A stretch of 64,000 nucleotides of DNA, taken from contig CAJINV010000025.1 in assembly GCA_905178155.1 (NCBI GenBank), positions 256,717 through 320,716 of the forward strand, given 5' to 3'. The notes below the pieces were generated by a model that ran no database searches, had not been told where the DNA came from, and saw only the letters and a list, made by a program, of their open reading frames with translations. The stretch's first letter is position 1. Every line of letters begins with the position of its first letter. The stretch comes from Amoebophrya sp. A120 (taxonomy: Eukaryota > Protista > Dinoflagellata). The position numbers and the translations under genes are program-made. Positions 19,101 through 30,015 of this stretch are shown piece after piece.

Positions 19101-22100
19101 GTGCCGGAAGTGGATCAGACAGGGCCGACGCCCCTTTCGCTCGCTTGGTCGACCAAGCGAGCGAAAAGAACTTGCCGAAAAATTGCGGCACCTTGTGGCC
19201 GCATACCGTGCCGGAAGTGGATCAGACAGGGCCGACGCCCCTTTCGCTCGCTTGGTCGACCAAGCGAGCGAAAAGAACTTGCCGAAAAATTGCGGCACCT
19301 TGTGGCCGCATACCGTGCCGGAAGTGGATCAGACAGGGCCGACGCCCCTTTCGCTCGCTTGGTCGACCAAGCGAGCGAAAAGAACTTGCCGAAAAATTGC
19401 GGCACCTTGTGGCCGCATACCGTGCCGGAAGTGGATCAGACAGGGCCGACGCCCCTTTCGCTCGCTTGGTCGACCAAGCGAGCGAAAAGAACTTGCCGAA
19501 AAATTGCGGCACCTTGTGGCCGCATACCGTGCCGGAAGTGGATCAGACAGGGCCGACGCCCCTTTCGCTCGCTTGGTCGACCAGGCGAGCGAAAAGAACT
19601 TGCCGAAAAATTGCGGCACCTTGTGGCCGCATACCGTGCCGGAAGTGGATCAGACAGGGCCGACGCCCCTTTCGCTCGCTTGGTCGACCAGGCGAGCGAA
19701 AAGAACTTGCCGAAAAATTGCGGCACCTTGTGGCCGCATACCGTGCCGGAAGTGGATCAGACAGGGCCGACGCCCCTTTCGCTCGCTTGGTCGACCAGGC
19801 GAGCGAAAAGAACTTGCCGAAAAATTGCGGCACCTTGTGGCCGCATACCATGCCGGAAGTGGATCAGACAGGGCCGACACCCCTTCCGCTCGCCTGGTCG
19901 ACCCACCAGGGCAGGCGAGCGAAAAGAACTTGCCGAAAAATTGCGGCACCTTGTGGCCGCATACCATGCCGGAAGTGGATCAGACAGGGCCGACACCCCT
20001 TCCGCTCGCCTGGTCGACCCACCAGGCGAGCGAAAAGAACTTGCCGAAAAATTGCGGCACCTTGTGGCCGCATACCGTGCCGAAAGTGGATCAGACAGGG
20101 AGGGCCGCCGCCCCTCTCGCTCGCCTGGTCGACCAGACGAGCGGAAAGAACTTGCCGAAAAATTGTGGCACCTTGTGGCCGCATACCGTGCCGGAAGTGG
20201 ATCAGACAGGGCCGACGCCCCTCTCGCTCGCCTGGTCGACCAGGCGAGCGAAAAGAGCCTGTCGAGAAATTGCGTCACCTAGTGGCCGCATACCGTGTCG
20301 GAAGTGGATCAGACAAGGCCGGCGCCCCTTTCGCTCGCCTGGTCGACCAGGCGAGCGAAAGGAAAGAACTTGCCGAAAAATTGCGGCACCTTGTGGCCGC
20401 ATACCGTGCCGGAAGTGGATCAGGCAGGGCCGACGCCCCTTTCGCTCGCCTGGTCGACCAGGCGAGCGAAAAGAACCTGTCGAGAGATTGCGTCACCTTG
20501 TGGCCGCATACCGTGCCGGAACGAAGTGGATCAGACAGGGCAGACGCCCCTTTCGCTCGCTTGGTCGACCAAGCGAGCGAAAAGAACTTGCCGAAAAATT
20601 GCGTCACCTTGTGGCCGCATGCCGACCGTTCCGGAAGTGGATCAGACAGGGCCGCCGCCCCTTTCGCTCGCCTGGTCGACCAGGCGAGCGAAAAGAGTGA
20701 ACCTGTCGAGAAATTGCGCCACCTTTTGGCCGCATACCGTGCCGGAAGTGGATCAGACAAGGTAGGGGGGGCGCCCTTTCGCTCGCCTGGTCGACCAGGC
20801 GACGGACCGGGAGGCCGCCCCTCGGAAATTGTGCCACCCCCGGGGAGCCCCCTGGAAATTGGCGACCGGGAAGCCGCCGCCTTGGGTATGGGGTGGATAG
20901 GATTTTTCTTTACGATATGGAGCCCTACTTTTTCGGATCTTCGTTCGAGTTGTATCATGAGTAATATTGCCGACGCTTCCACCCGAGAGAGACTACTTGG
21001 CATGCAAGGCTGCAAGAAGCCTAAAGCTAAACTTGTGTGTGTGTTGTGTCTCATGCGCAGGCACTTCTATGAGAGCAGGCATTGTCTAAATGCTGTCTGA
21101 GTGTTTGTCATGCCAAAATAAGAGATGCCGGTGCCGCGGCTTCACACATGCTAAACGCAATGAGATTGCTCGCCCAGCAACCACCTCATGCGCAACAGCA
21201 GTCAAAACTTGTTGCTTGATTTGTGTCGCAAAGTGCTCACCTTCAGGACTCAGGTGTGTAGTGGGCGGTCCCGTTTTTACGTTGGATAAACTGCACCCCA
21301 TTGTCATCATGTTCTGCTTGGTGGTCTGGAGCTCGCTCTGGGGAGTGGTTGGCGCGGTGCTGTCGGTACAGGAGGTTCCTTTTGATGTGAGCGTCACATC
21401 ATATTGCTTCACCATTACTATGTACTAGAGAAGTATTGCACCAAAATGAAAATTAATACCAAAGAACCTATTCAGGTGCCCCTCACTTGCTGCCTGAAGC
21501 TGGCCCTGGAGCCCCACATCAAGGCCCATCCCTACGCTCTGTTTGCGTATCGCGCTATGGAGTTCCATATGCATTGCAAAAGTAAATCGTACTGGTTCTC
21601 GTACTAGAAATGAAAATTTTTGCATTTGTAGTCATGTGCATTACATACAAAGCTCTTTGTCAGTTTTTATGGTATTAAATCCACCGCATTTTTAGTCCAG
21701 TCATGCTGAGGGTGGAATTTGTCATGCGATTATTCTAGTACCATTACGATAGTACTGGCGCAATGCATATTCGAGCTACCAACCGAAGAGCAGATTTTGG
21801 AAACCGACTACATCAGTTCGACGCCCCGGCCAACGCCCCGCACGTTGACGGATCCCAGCCGAGCTTTGATGAGCAGTGGCGGTGGTACAAATTTTGGAAG
21901 TAGTTCTCATGCGGCGGGAACAACTATGGGGATATCCAATACAAAAATATCCTTGGACGACGTCTGGATGTAACAAGGCTGCACATGAAAAGAAGTCTCG
22001 CCATATCTTGTTCAGTTCTACCTGCATATATAACAGATTCAGATCTTGTTGTCCTTCAAATTTCGCATCACAATAAATCCAGCTAACCAAGAGTGATATT

Positions 22101-22377
22101 TACGATGCATAAGGGAGTAGAAACTACCACTCGAGTCGAATGTCGACGGCGAGTAAAGATTCCACGCCGATATCCTGAGCGAAAGGACCGTAGTACAACT
22201 AGTAGAAATTATTGCATGAAGATCACATATTTGCTCAGCATGATGGATGCAGATTGTAATTCTGATGTAGCCTAGGAGAGACATTTGTCTTTGTCATGCA
22301 CATTTGCAATTACGACACGTACGATAGTACACCTTTGCTGCACAGGATAGCCGAGCTCGAGTTACAACGAGGGGTAG
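13166..22377 (+). CDS. AI-2E (PerM/UPF0118) family membrane transporter with low-complexity insertions; 15 introners plus 1 GT-AG intron (21366-21475)
   Basis: Spliced motifs LQEILIPFALAVFL; IQKYILLKTLMSLILG; MAFLLNFIPTVGGAIS; GNVLEPYFFGSSFELHPIVIMFCLVVWSSLWGVVGAVLSVPLTCCLK; TAG at 22375-22377. Confidence 0.88.
13355..13505. mobile_element. Introner, family B
   Basis: TSD TGATC. Confidence 0.9.
13585..13852. mobile_element. Introner, family A
   Basis: TSD GATCT. Confidence 0.9.
14070..14225. mobile_element. Introner, family B
   Basis: TSD TTCGC. Confidence 0.9.
14283..14495. mobile_element. Introner, family D2 (TIR ..GAAAAAACTGTTTC.CTGTGA)
   Basis: TSD AGCTA. Confidence 0.9.
14568..14785. 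mobile_element. Introner, family E
   Basis: TSD TGCTG. Confidence 0.9.
14849..15004. mobile_element. Introner, family B
   Basis: TSD ATTCA/ACTCA. Confidence 0.87.
15344..15612. mobile_element. Introner, family A
   Basis: TSD ACCGT/GACGT. Confidence 0.87.
15652..16658. mobile_element. Introner, family B, expanded by nested element
   Basis: TSD CCGTT. Confidence 0.9.
15724..16570. mobile_element. Non-autonomous TIR element nested inside introner 15652-16658
   Basis: About 40-bp imperfect TIR (ttagcgcgaaagtacccctaacgaa / ttccttagggcaactttctgcccaa); 6-bp TSD GAAATA. Confidence 0.7.
16758..16918. mobile_element. Introner, family B
   Basis: TSD TGAAG. Confidence 0.88.
17467..17783. mobile_element. 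Introner, family A-like
   Basis: TSD ACCGG/ACCAG. Confidence 0.85.
17824..20917. mobile_element. Introner, family C, expanded to 3.1 kb by 107-bp array
   Basis: TSD TGGAG; restores GNVLE|PYFFG. Confidence 0.9.
17885..20805. repeat. 107-bp tandem array, about 27 copies, each with a 32-bp palindrome, inside introner 17824-20917
   Basis: TTTCGCTCGCTTGGTCGACCAAGCGAGCGAAA every 107 bp. Confidence 0.97.
20953..21288. mobile_element. Introner, degenerate family F-like
   Basis: TSD AGTTG/AACTG; restores FEL|HPIV. Confidence 0.8.
21568..21769. mobile_element. Introner, family B-like
   Basis: TSD TTCCA/TTCGA. Confidence 0.82.
21933..22111. mobile_element. Introner, degenerate
   Basis: TSD GGGGA/AGGGA. 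Confidence 0.7.
22171..22349. mobile_element. Introner, family B-like
   Basis: TSD GCCGA. Confidence 0.82.
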
Positions 22378-23263
22378 CTAACTCCAGATGGGCTCGAATC
22401 TTCTTCGGACGGTGGAACCTCTTCTAGGGGGGATGAAAGACGAAGACCGTGGAAACAGTTTCGTATTTGACATCACTTCTATGGACGAAAAATAAAAGAT
22501 TTTTATGACCACCGGGCATTCAAGTCGGCAGTAATTGAAAACTCGTGCGAACTATTCGGTCCAACAAAAGAATCACAGCACTGAAGTCAAAGTGCAGAAT
22601 GGACGATAGGAGGCTGTAACAAGCGGAAATTGAAAGTAGAGAACCTATTGACGAGCACACCTAGATGAAGTACTAGTAGTACGACAGGCGTAATACTAGC
22701 CAAGGTTAAGGTGGTGCTCCTGCTTTTTGAATAAAGAAAAACTACGCTCGGCTGTATGATTCAAAAATGTAGTACCGGTGTAGAGCAGCGCGCGCTTGTT
22801 GTTTCCCGGAGACGGGAAAAAGACGGCTAGTACTTCGTGCGGTTTGTGCCTACTTGCGCGTTGTATTTGCTGTCGACATTGTGTTGTTCAGCAGTCGTGC
22901 TTTGGATCATACGAATGTCGTTTTTTTTTTTTGTCTACAGCAGATCACGCATGAGCATGACTGCTCAAGCCGCAAGATCTTTGAACCCACCAGGGGAAAA
23001 ATTTCGGGGTTTTTGACTGCTTTTTTTCGAAGATTTGTGAAGTTTCTTGTACAGCTACAGTGTGCCTGTCGACGCGTTTGGGGCAGTGCGGCCACAGCAT
23101 CTTCTTAGACATCTTCAGCCACGGTAGCTCCTCCTGCAAGTAGCGCTTATCACCCGTGTGCACTACTACAACCGGCAGCACGGTACCACACCAAGTGTAT
23201 CAGTCCTCTCTTGTATTCAGCACAGCGACTACGGCTCCTGTACAAAATACAACTGTGAAGAAG

Positions 23264-26200
23264 ATGTTTTTAATAAAGCTTGCCTGGGTCTTCAAAATTT
23301 TGCACCTGGTCGTTCACTGCTCCCTTCGCGCCGCTTCAACTGTTGACCACGATGCAAAAGAACTTTTCTCGCACCACAGCCTCCTCCGGAAAGCCTTCGT
23401 GGACCGGCTGTACGGTGGGCGAGATCTGCTCGCGGAAAAGGAGCTTCCGCAGCATTTGCTCGACGAAAAAACACCAAATCTCGAAGTATCCTGTGCAAAG
23501 GTATCTTGCTCGTAGTAATCGCAGTCACGCATTAAGAATCTCTATCGCAAGGCAAAAAAGCACGACAAATTCCATTTGTCATGCTGAGCTAATTTGTATT
23601 GCAATATACTACTAGTACGATACTTTTGCAGTTCATACGAAGACGCGGTGGACGACCGGTTTTCCGATGGCACCTGGCGGACCCACCTCGAGAAGGCTGA
23701 TTATCCCACGAAAAAAGTGTTACAGTTACACATTTGTAGGCAATTCAGCAACACAAATGTCCCTGCATGAGAGAGAAAACCTGTAATGCAGAAATCCTAG
23801 GGGAAACATCTATGAAGCGAGGCTCTTATGCATATCCGGCATGACAGAGCTTGTCTGTCTTGCTTGGCCTGCAAGACAGTGTGTAAGAACCAATCCACGC
23901 GGCGTGCGCCGCGTGGGAAAAAATAAAACAACTCTTCAGCGTCTGTGGCAAATTCTGTCTGTCCTGAAAAATTTTCGCGCTCGACTTTGTCGCCTCTATT
24001 AGAGTGGCCGCGTTTGGCTTCTCTCGAAGTGGCCAAATTCGAAGGAAGACAGAGGCGGCCAGGCAGCTTTTGGCTTCGTCTCTGAGGCCCAGCCTAGCAA
24101 ACAAGCAACGAGGTCGCTTCTCGCTTTACAAAAGTGGCCAGCTTTGGCAGTTTTTTTTTTCAGAAGCCCGGCCAGATCAGGAAGAAACCAGGAAAGAGCT
24201 CGCCTGCTGTTCGCTACCTCGCCCGGCCTCGCTTTTTGCTTTTACAAAAGCGGGCAGCTTTGGTAGGCGCTTGTCAAAGTGCTAGGCGCTTGAGCGACCA
24301 GAACCGCGACAGCAGTGCGCGAAGCGTCTAAACGCGAAGGAGGCCCAGTCGGGCTCTTTCCACACGGCGAAAATCTCGCGAGCAAGCGAAACGGCGATAG
24401 CAGTGCGCGAAGCAGCTAATAAGCAGTGATTTCCATCCGGGCTTGTTCCACAGCGTGAAAAGGGCCTGACTGGCAAATCGTCGGCGCCTTCGTGACACAT
24501 TTTTTTCAATGGGTAGAAAACGCTAAGCAGACCTTCAGAAGAAACCTTCTGAAGAAACCTTCAGAAGAATTGACATTTCTTCTGAAGAAAGCTTCAGAAG
24601 CTTTTTAGCTTTCAACCTTCAGAAGACCTTCTTGAAGGTTTTTCGACCTTCAGAAGGTCAAAAAAGGTTGGCCCTTTTTTTTTGCATTTTTCGGCAAAAA
24701 ATGACGTTTTTCATTTTTAACCTTCAGAAGGTTTTGAAAAATCAACCTTCAGAAGGTCAAAACCTTCAGGAAGGTTCAAAATCAACGTGAGCCAAACCTT
24801 CAGAAGATTTTTTTGATGAAAAACCTTCTGAAGGTCAAAATCAGACCTTCTGAAGGTAGTTACCTTCTGAAGGTTCACAAAAAAAAATAAATTTTCGCGG
24901 CGCAGGATCTGACTTCCTTTCCACTTTGGCCGTTTTTTGAACTGCTCTTTTTAGAACCTTCAGAAGGTTCGTCGACTCTTCTGAAGAGTCTTCTGAAGAA
25001 TTTTCTTCTGAAGGTAGTTTTGATTTTTTCCCTTATAGTCCTTCAATTACTGTAAGTAACACTTTTTTCGTACGATACTGACGTCGACTTGGTCACCCGC
25101 GGCTTGAACCGGCCGGTGAAGTTTTGGCTGGAGCTGGGCTCCTTCCGCGGACAGAGTTGCATCCGGGCGGCAAGAATCTTGAAGAACGCAAATATTTACT
25201 ATCATGCCAGACGACGAAAGCTGCAGAACGGTCAGGAGGTGGAGCAAGAATCGAGGAAAAATACAGCTGCCTCCTCCCCAGACGACGACTTCTTCGTTCT
25301 CTGCGTCGACAGTTTCGTGTTCGGGTCCAGCTTCGTATCGACCTTAGTAGAGGATTTGAAACGAACACGGAAGAGAAAGGAAAAGGAAAACAAAGTAGAA
25401 AGTAAAGGTACTAGTATTACCGGCAGCACGGCGGTAGCGCAAAGCGGTACTAGTAGCGCGCCGAAACGCAGTACAACGTCAACGTCCGTGCTGGACCAAA
25501 TGCTCTACAAGGATGGCAGCTCAAAGCTCCTCGACTATCAAATACAAATATGTGGTCTGGGGTCTGGAAGATTGCAGGAGTTTGTCATGCATCTTCTGGA
25601 TCACGCAACTGGTCTCTAATGCACGCAAAAGCACTACAGGTTTTGCGCAGGCCTCCTGATGTCTATCCCGCATGAGAAATTCTCTATTTGCGTAGCAAGA
25701 AATGGAAAGCTTATGGTGCTTATGCAATACAAATTTTTGCCTATTCCAGCAATCGCATGACAGGTTCCAATTCTTCCAGACCCAGACGTATTTGCAATGC
25801 ATATCGACCAGTTCATCGCCAATGTCCGCCACGCCGGGCTAGAGCAGGTCATTGCAGTCTGGCCACAAACAACGCTCTCGGCGTTGCGACTGCTATTGAC
25901 GAAAGTGCAGCCGCCGGCCAGCTTGCCACTGTATGACGACGACAGCGAAGAGGATAATCATGAGATTAGGTACGACCAAGAACAACAACTACACGAGCAC
26001 GAAGAGTTTGAGGAGAAGGAGTTTAAAGGGGGGACTAGCAGACCTAGCGAGCAGCAGGATCGTGAAAAGAACCCATCTACAGCTGCAGCTCTCTCCTCAG
26101 CACCCCTACAGAAAAGCAAAAGCCGGTCGTTCAGGAATAGCGACAAGGAGCCGCTGTTGCCCATCCAACCCGACGTGATCTATCTCGACGCGAGCCATTT

Positions 26201-28637
26201 GAGGGATGAAACCTTGATGGAAGTGGAACACGCGTGGGCGGCGCTGGCCCCCGGCGGCATTCTCTTCGGCGACGACTGGGCGCTGGAGGAGGTGGCAGTA
26301 GACGTCTTGAAGTTTGTGGACCGACTACTGCTCTGCATGCACAAACGAGATGAACTACCGAGGTGGACCTCAGCTGGCGACCAGACCAATGCCAACGCGA
26401 CCATCGCCGCCCGAACCGCTTCTGGTACGTCGAGCGTATGCGCTGCAAATACGTCTGGGTCAAGAAACATGAAAACTTCTGATGCACATTTCACACCAGA
26501 CAAAAATCTGTCATGCGTGGACCGCAAAAGTTGCTAGGCTCATTTCGTGTCACTCAGACGGCATAATTTCTCATGCGGATTAGCCATGGAGAAAACTGCT
26601 CAAATAAACCTGTGATGCTAGGACTTGCATGCCAGAGCTTCTGCGTCATGCACAAGCAGCATCACACCCTTCCAGACCCTAAAGTGTTTGCACTTGATAA
26701 GGCGTGAGCTGTGCTAATTTCCGCGAGTCATCTTCCCTCGACGTCAACTGTTTGCACTGCAAAAGTATCGTACTAGTACAAATCGCAATACAACATTGGC
26801 TCAGCATTACAAATTAAGTAAATTTGTAATGTGGATTTACCTAACCAACTAGATTTGTAATGCATAACTGCGATATACTGCGAGTGCGATACTTTTGCAC
26901 AGCATAAACTGGTTTCCCCACCAATTTTACGAGCACCGGGTGGGCATGCTGCGGCTATCAAATGTAAAAATGTCTGGGTCTGGAAGAGTGCAACTTGTCA
27001 TGCTAAATCTGAAGCATGCAAAAATCTGTGTTGCATGATTACCACAAGTCGTCCAGTTTTGACCCAATCGGGAGGGAGTTTCTCATGCAGGATAGGCATG
27101 GGAGAGATCGCACAGAATCTGTCATGCTATGTCCTGCATTCCAGACCGCATGGGTCTTGGAAAAGCTGCATGACAAATCGCGCACTCTTCCAGAGAGACC
27201 CAGACACTTTTACATTTGATAGCGCCCGGGGTTGTACGTTTCCAGAGATACTTTCCAGTGGTTTTTGCGGAAACACGACCCGAGCGAAACACAGGGCAGG
27301 AGATATCAAAGTGAAAAATCCGCCCTCCCCATATTGAAACGGAAGCTTCTGTTGCTGGATTTGCGTACACAAATCAGCTCTGTCTTGCAGTGAGGCCCTG
27401 CAGGCAAGGCCAACGCCTGTTGTACAGGGGTGTTTTGGTGTAGGTACTTAGCATAGCAGAGGCCTGCCATGTTGTAGCCGTAACAGCATTACAAATCGCC
27501 TGCATAAGTCGGCGGATTCTTTGGATCTGCCTCCTTGCAAGAACGACAGGCTCTGTGGTCACAAATCACCATCACAAATCTTTAGAAGGAGCATACCTTT
27601 TCAGTAGGGGGAGGGTTTTTTTTTTCTCACAATACATGACTGCAAAACCGCTTCGAGTTGGTCTTCCACCAGGCACCTACAGTTACTGAAGCGACGTCTG
27701 AGCAAGTGGATTTGAAGAAGGTAAAATGGCTGGACCATGACTCCATGTTTGTCAGGGGGACGGAGGAAATCGTAGCGCTTGCGGCCGCACATCTGGAGGG
27801 AGAGGCGGAAACACATCAGGGATTAGCAGCTACTGCACGTACGGCCGGTGGTCCAGCGTCTGTGTGGTCACCTCGAGAACCGCAGCGGCATCATGCCTAC
27901 CTGCAACCCTTGCGCCCGCACATCTATCAAAATGAAAAAGCCCCGCTCCCCTTAGGAACTCAAAGGAAGATTTGTGTAGCGTGATTTGTGATAGCAAGTC
28001 ACGCTGTTATGCTAGAAGGGAAGAGATGCGGACTGTAGTGCTGGCTGGCGTAGGAAAGCCTTACGTCTTCAGCATGACAGGAAGCAGCTGGAAACGGGAA
28101 ACACCATCACAAATTACCTGTAAACGAGGAAGCAACTGCGTCTCTTGGCCTTCTAGCAATACAAGTCGACTTGTGTAGTCAAATACAGCAACACAAATTG
28201 CTTTTTCGATATGGGGAGGGGGAATCTTTCCTCACAATAACATCCTGGGCATGTTTTTGGAATCAGATCTTCTCCTCGAAGACCCGATCCTGACGCCACC
28301 GGACGGGCAGACGACTTCTCTGCCAACGAGCTTCTCGTTTCTAGACCTGCAGATGACCACTTGTTTCCTGGGTTTCAGCGCCGTGAAAGTGAAGCAGTGG
28401 CAGTACGACTGTTGCCAGGACTGGTCGGAAGAAAACTCCGGCTGCTGGGACCTGGTGTACAACCCGAACCACTGCTGTGTGCTATTTGCAGACGGCCCGG
28501 ATTTCTACAGCACTGCAGGGATAAGAAGTTCTCGCACAACAACTAGACCCCAGCCCGGGCAGCAGCTACTGCGCGACACAGCGCCGGCGTCTAGAATGAT
28601 AACCAGAGTCAGGCTAACGGCAGATCACATTCGGTGA
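23264..28637 (+). CDS. Class I SAM-dependent methyltransferase (Methyltransf_24-like) with hydrophobic N-terminus and Cys-rich C-terminal motif; 8 introners
   Basis: FWLELGSFRGQS (motif I), VLCVDSF, DVIYLDASH..EVEHAWAALAPGGILFGDDW; frame continuous after introner removal; start codon inferred. Confidence 0.8.
23487..23637. mobile_element. Introner, family B
   Basis: TSD CGAAG. Confidence 0.9.
23702..25077. mobile_element. Introner, family D, expanded by an insert of about 1.16 kb (about 23888-25050)
   Basis: TSD CTGAT/CTGAC. Confidence 0.87.
24531..25015. repeat. Irregular cluster of interrupted palindromes ACCTTC(A/T)GAAGGT inside introner 23702-25077
   Basis: Roughly 20 cttcagaag/cttctgaag motifs in both orientations. 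Confidence 0.85.
25536..25803. mobile_element. Introner, family A
   Basis: TSD TCGAC. Confidence 0.9.
26437..26699. mobile_element. Introner, family A
   Basis: TSD GAGCG/AGGCG. Confidence 0.82.
26751..26906. mobile_element. Introner, family B
   Basis: TSD AACTG. Confidence 0.88.
26956..27221. mobile_element. Introner, family A
   Basis: TSD GCGGC/GCGCC. Confidence 0.88.
27304..27634. mobile_element. Introner, family C
   Basis: TSD eroded (GGAGA/CATGA), frame still restored. Confidence 0.8.
27925..28239. mobile_element. Introner, family C
   Basis: TSD ACATC. Confidence 0.88.
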
Positions 28638-29382
28638 GCTATAACTTGCTGAGAAGATGATGCGGCTCTTAATCATTCCGATCGAGAACATAGATTCAGT
28701 GATAATTCATTTGTGGGCGGAAGATATGATCTGTCTTCAGAATGCAGCAGGTGCAGCACAAGTACTAGGCTTGTAATACAAGAAAAACAGCGCATATTAT
28801 CAAATTTCGTTGGTTGCTGGGCCCGACATGCGGCCGGGCAGCTCTGTCAACGCCAGCTTCCTGTCATGCAGCTGCCATGGGATGGTGAAGTGATGTCGAT
28901 GGCACCTTCTAGTACCGAAAAGACTTCCGTCTTTGTGTGCATCTTGATAGCAGGCCGCGCAAAAAGTACGGATGGCGAAACACTGATGTGCGCTTTTTAA
29001 TATTGGTGTAGGGCTTAGTGTCAGTTCACCTACGTTACCGCACCGACTAGTAGTGTGAGAGGAACATGATCCTGATCCGCTGTTTTAGTATTTCTCCTGC
29101 AGCCATGTTGGCATCAATGTGATCAGGCTACGTACTGATTTTTATTCGATTGCTTGTGATCGATTGCAAGAACTTTGATGCCGCCCTGGTTTCACCTTTC
29201 CACGCGGCTTCCATGCACGACGCGGGTGTACATTTATCACTGCGTAGCCTCGTCATATTAACTTTAACACGACCTAGTGAAGATCATGGATAAAAAGTTT
29301 ATTTGTTGGGTACTGTACAATCAGCAGATCTCGTCATGAGGTAGACTTCATTGCCATAGTGCTACTAGCTGGCGCAGCTCTC

Positions 29383-29577
29383 AGCTTCGAAGTAGATCAG
29401 CAGCGTGCGATATCTGATCCGATCAGCATCGAAGGTCGGAACTTTGAAGTTCAGCAGCGTGCGATATCTGATCGATCTTCAGCATCGAAGGTCCCAGCTT
29501 CGAAGTAGATCAGCAGCGTGCGATATCTGATCCGATCAGCATCGAAGGTCGGAACTTTGAAGTTCAGCAGCGTGCGG
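29383..29577. repeat. Short tandem repeat (about 55-57 bp units) upstream of UPP copy 1; homolog at about 39010-39148
   Basis: cagcagcgtgcgatatctgatc..cagcatcgaaggtc repeated. Confidence 0.8.
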
Positions 29578-30015
29578 ATCATGGTCTGATGCGTGTTTTT
29601 TGCAACACCGGATAATTCTTGTTTTCTGTGCAGCAGCTGCAACCGTTTCCAAGCCTAAAGAAAGCGTCGGCGCGGCATACGTACCTAAGTAGCCTGGTGA
29701 GGTGGAACTACGAATAATTCTCGTTTGGTCCTTTGTAAGTCGTATTTTCACACGCACTCCCCCCCACCTTCAGCCTCATTGTGCTTTTTAAGAAATTTAC
29801 CAATATTTTCACGACAGGACGCTCTTTTACTTTTGCATCTGCCTAGATCAATCTTGCGACTCACTTCCAACCATTTCTGCAGGGCGCAGTAGTTATTTTC
29901 AATCTCTGTAGCTAGTAGTTTTCCCGCAAGATAAGTAACCCTTAGGTTTTCCGCCCACCAGATTCAGACGGCGTTGTTTTCTTGTGTTTCTTCGACCAGG
30001 GTCGTGAAGAAGAAG

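Noticed and set aside
17791-21100. Three long + strand ORFs (758-995 aa) and a CRISPR-like palindromic repeat
   Set aside because: The ORFs arise because the 107-bp unit has no + strand stop codon, and the array lies inside an intron. Sequences between palindromes are identical, not unique spacers, and there are no cas genes.
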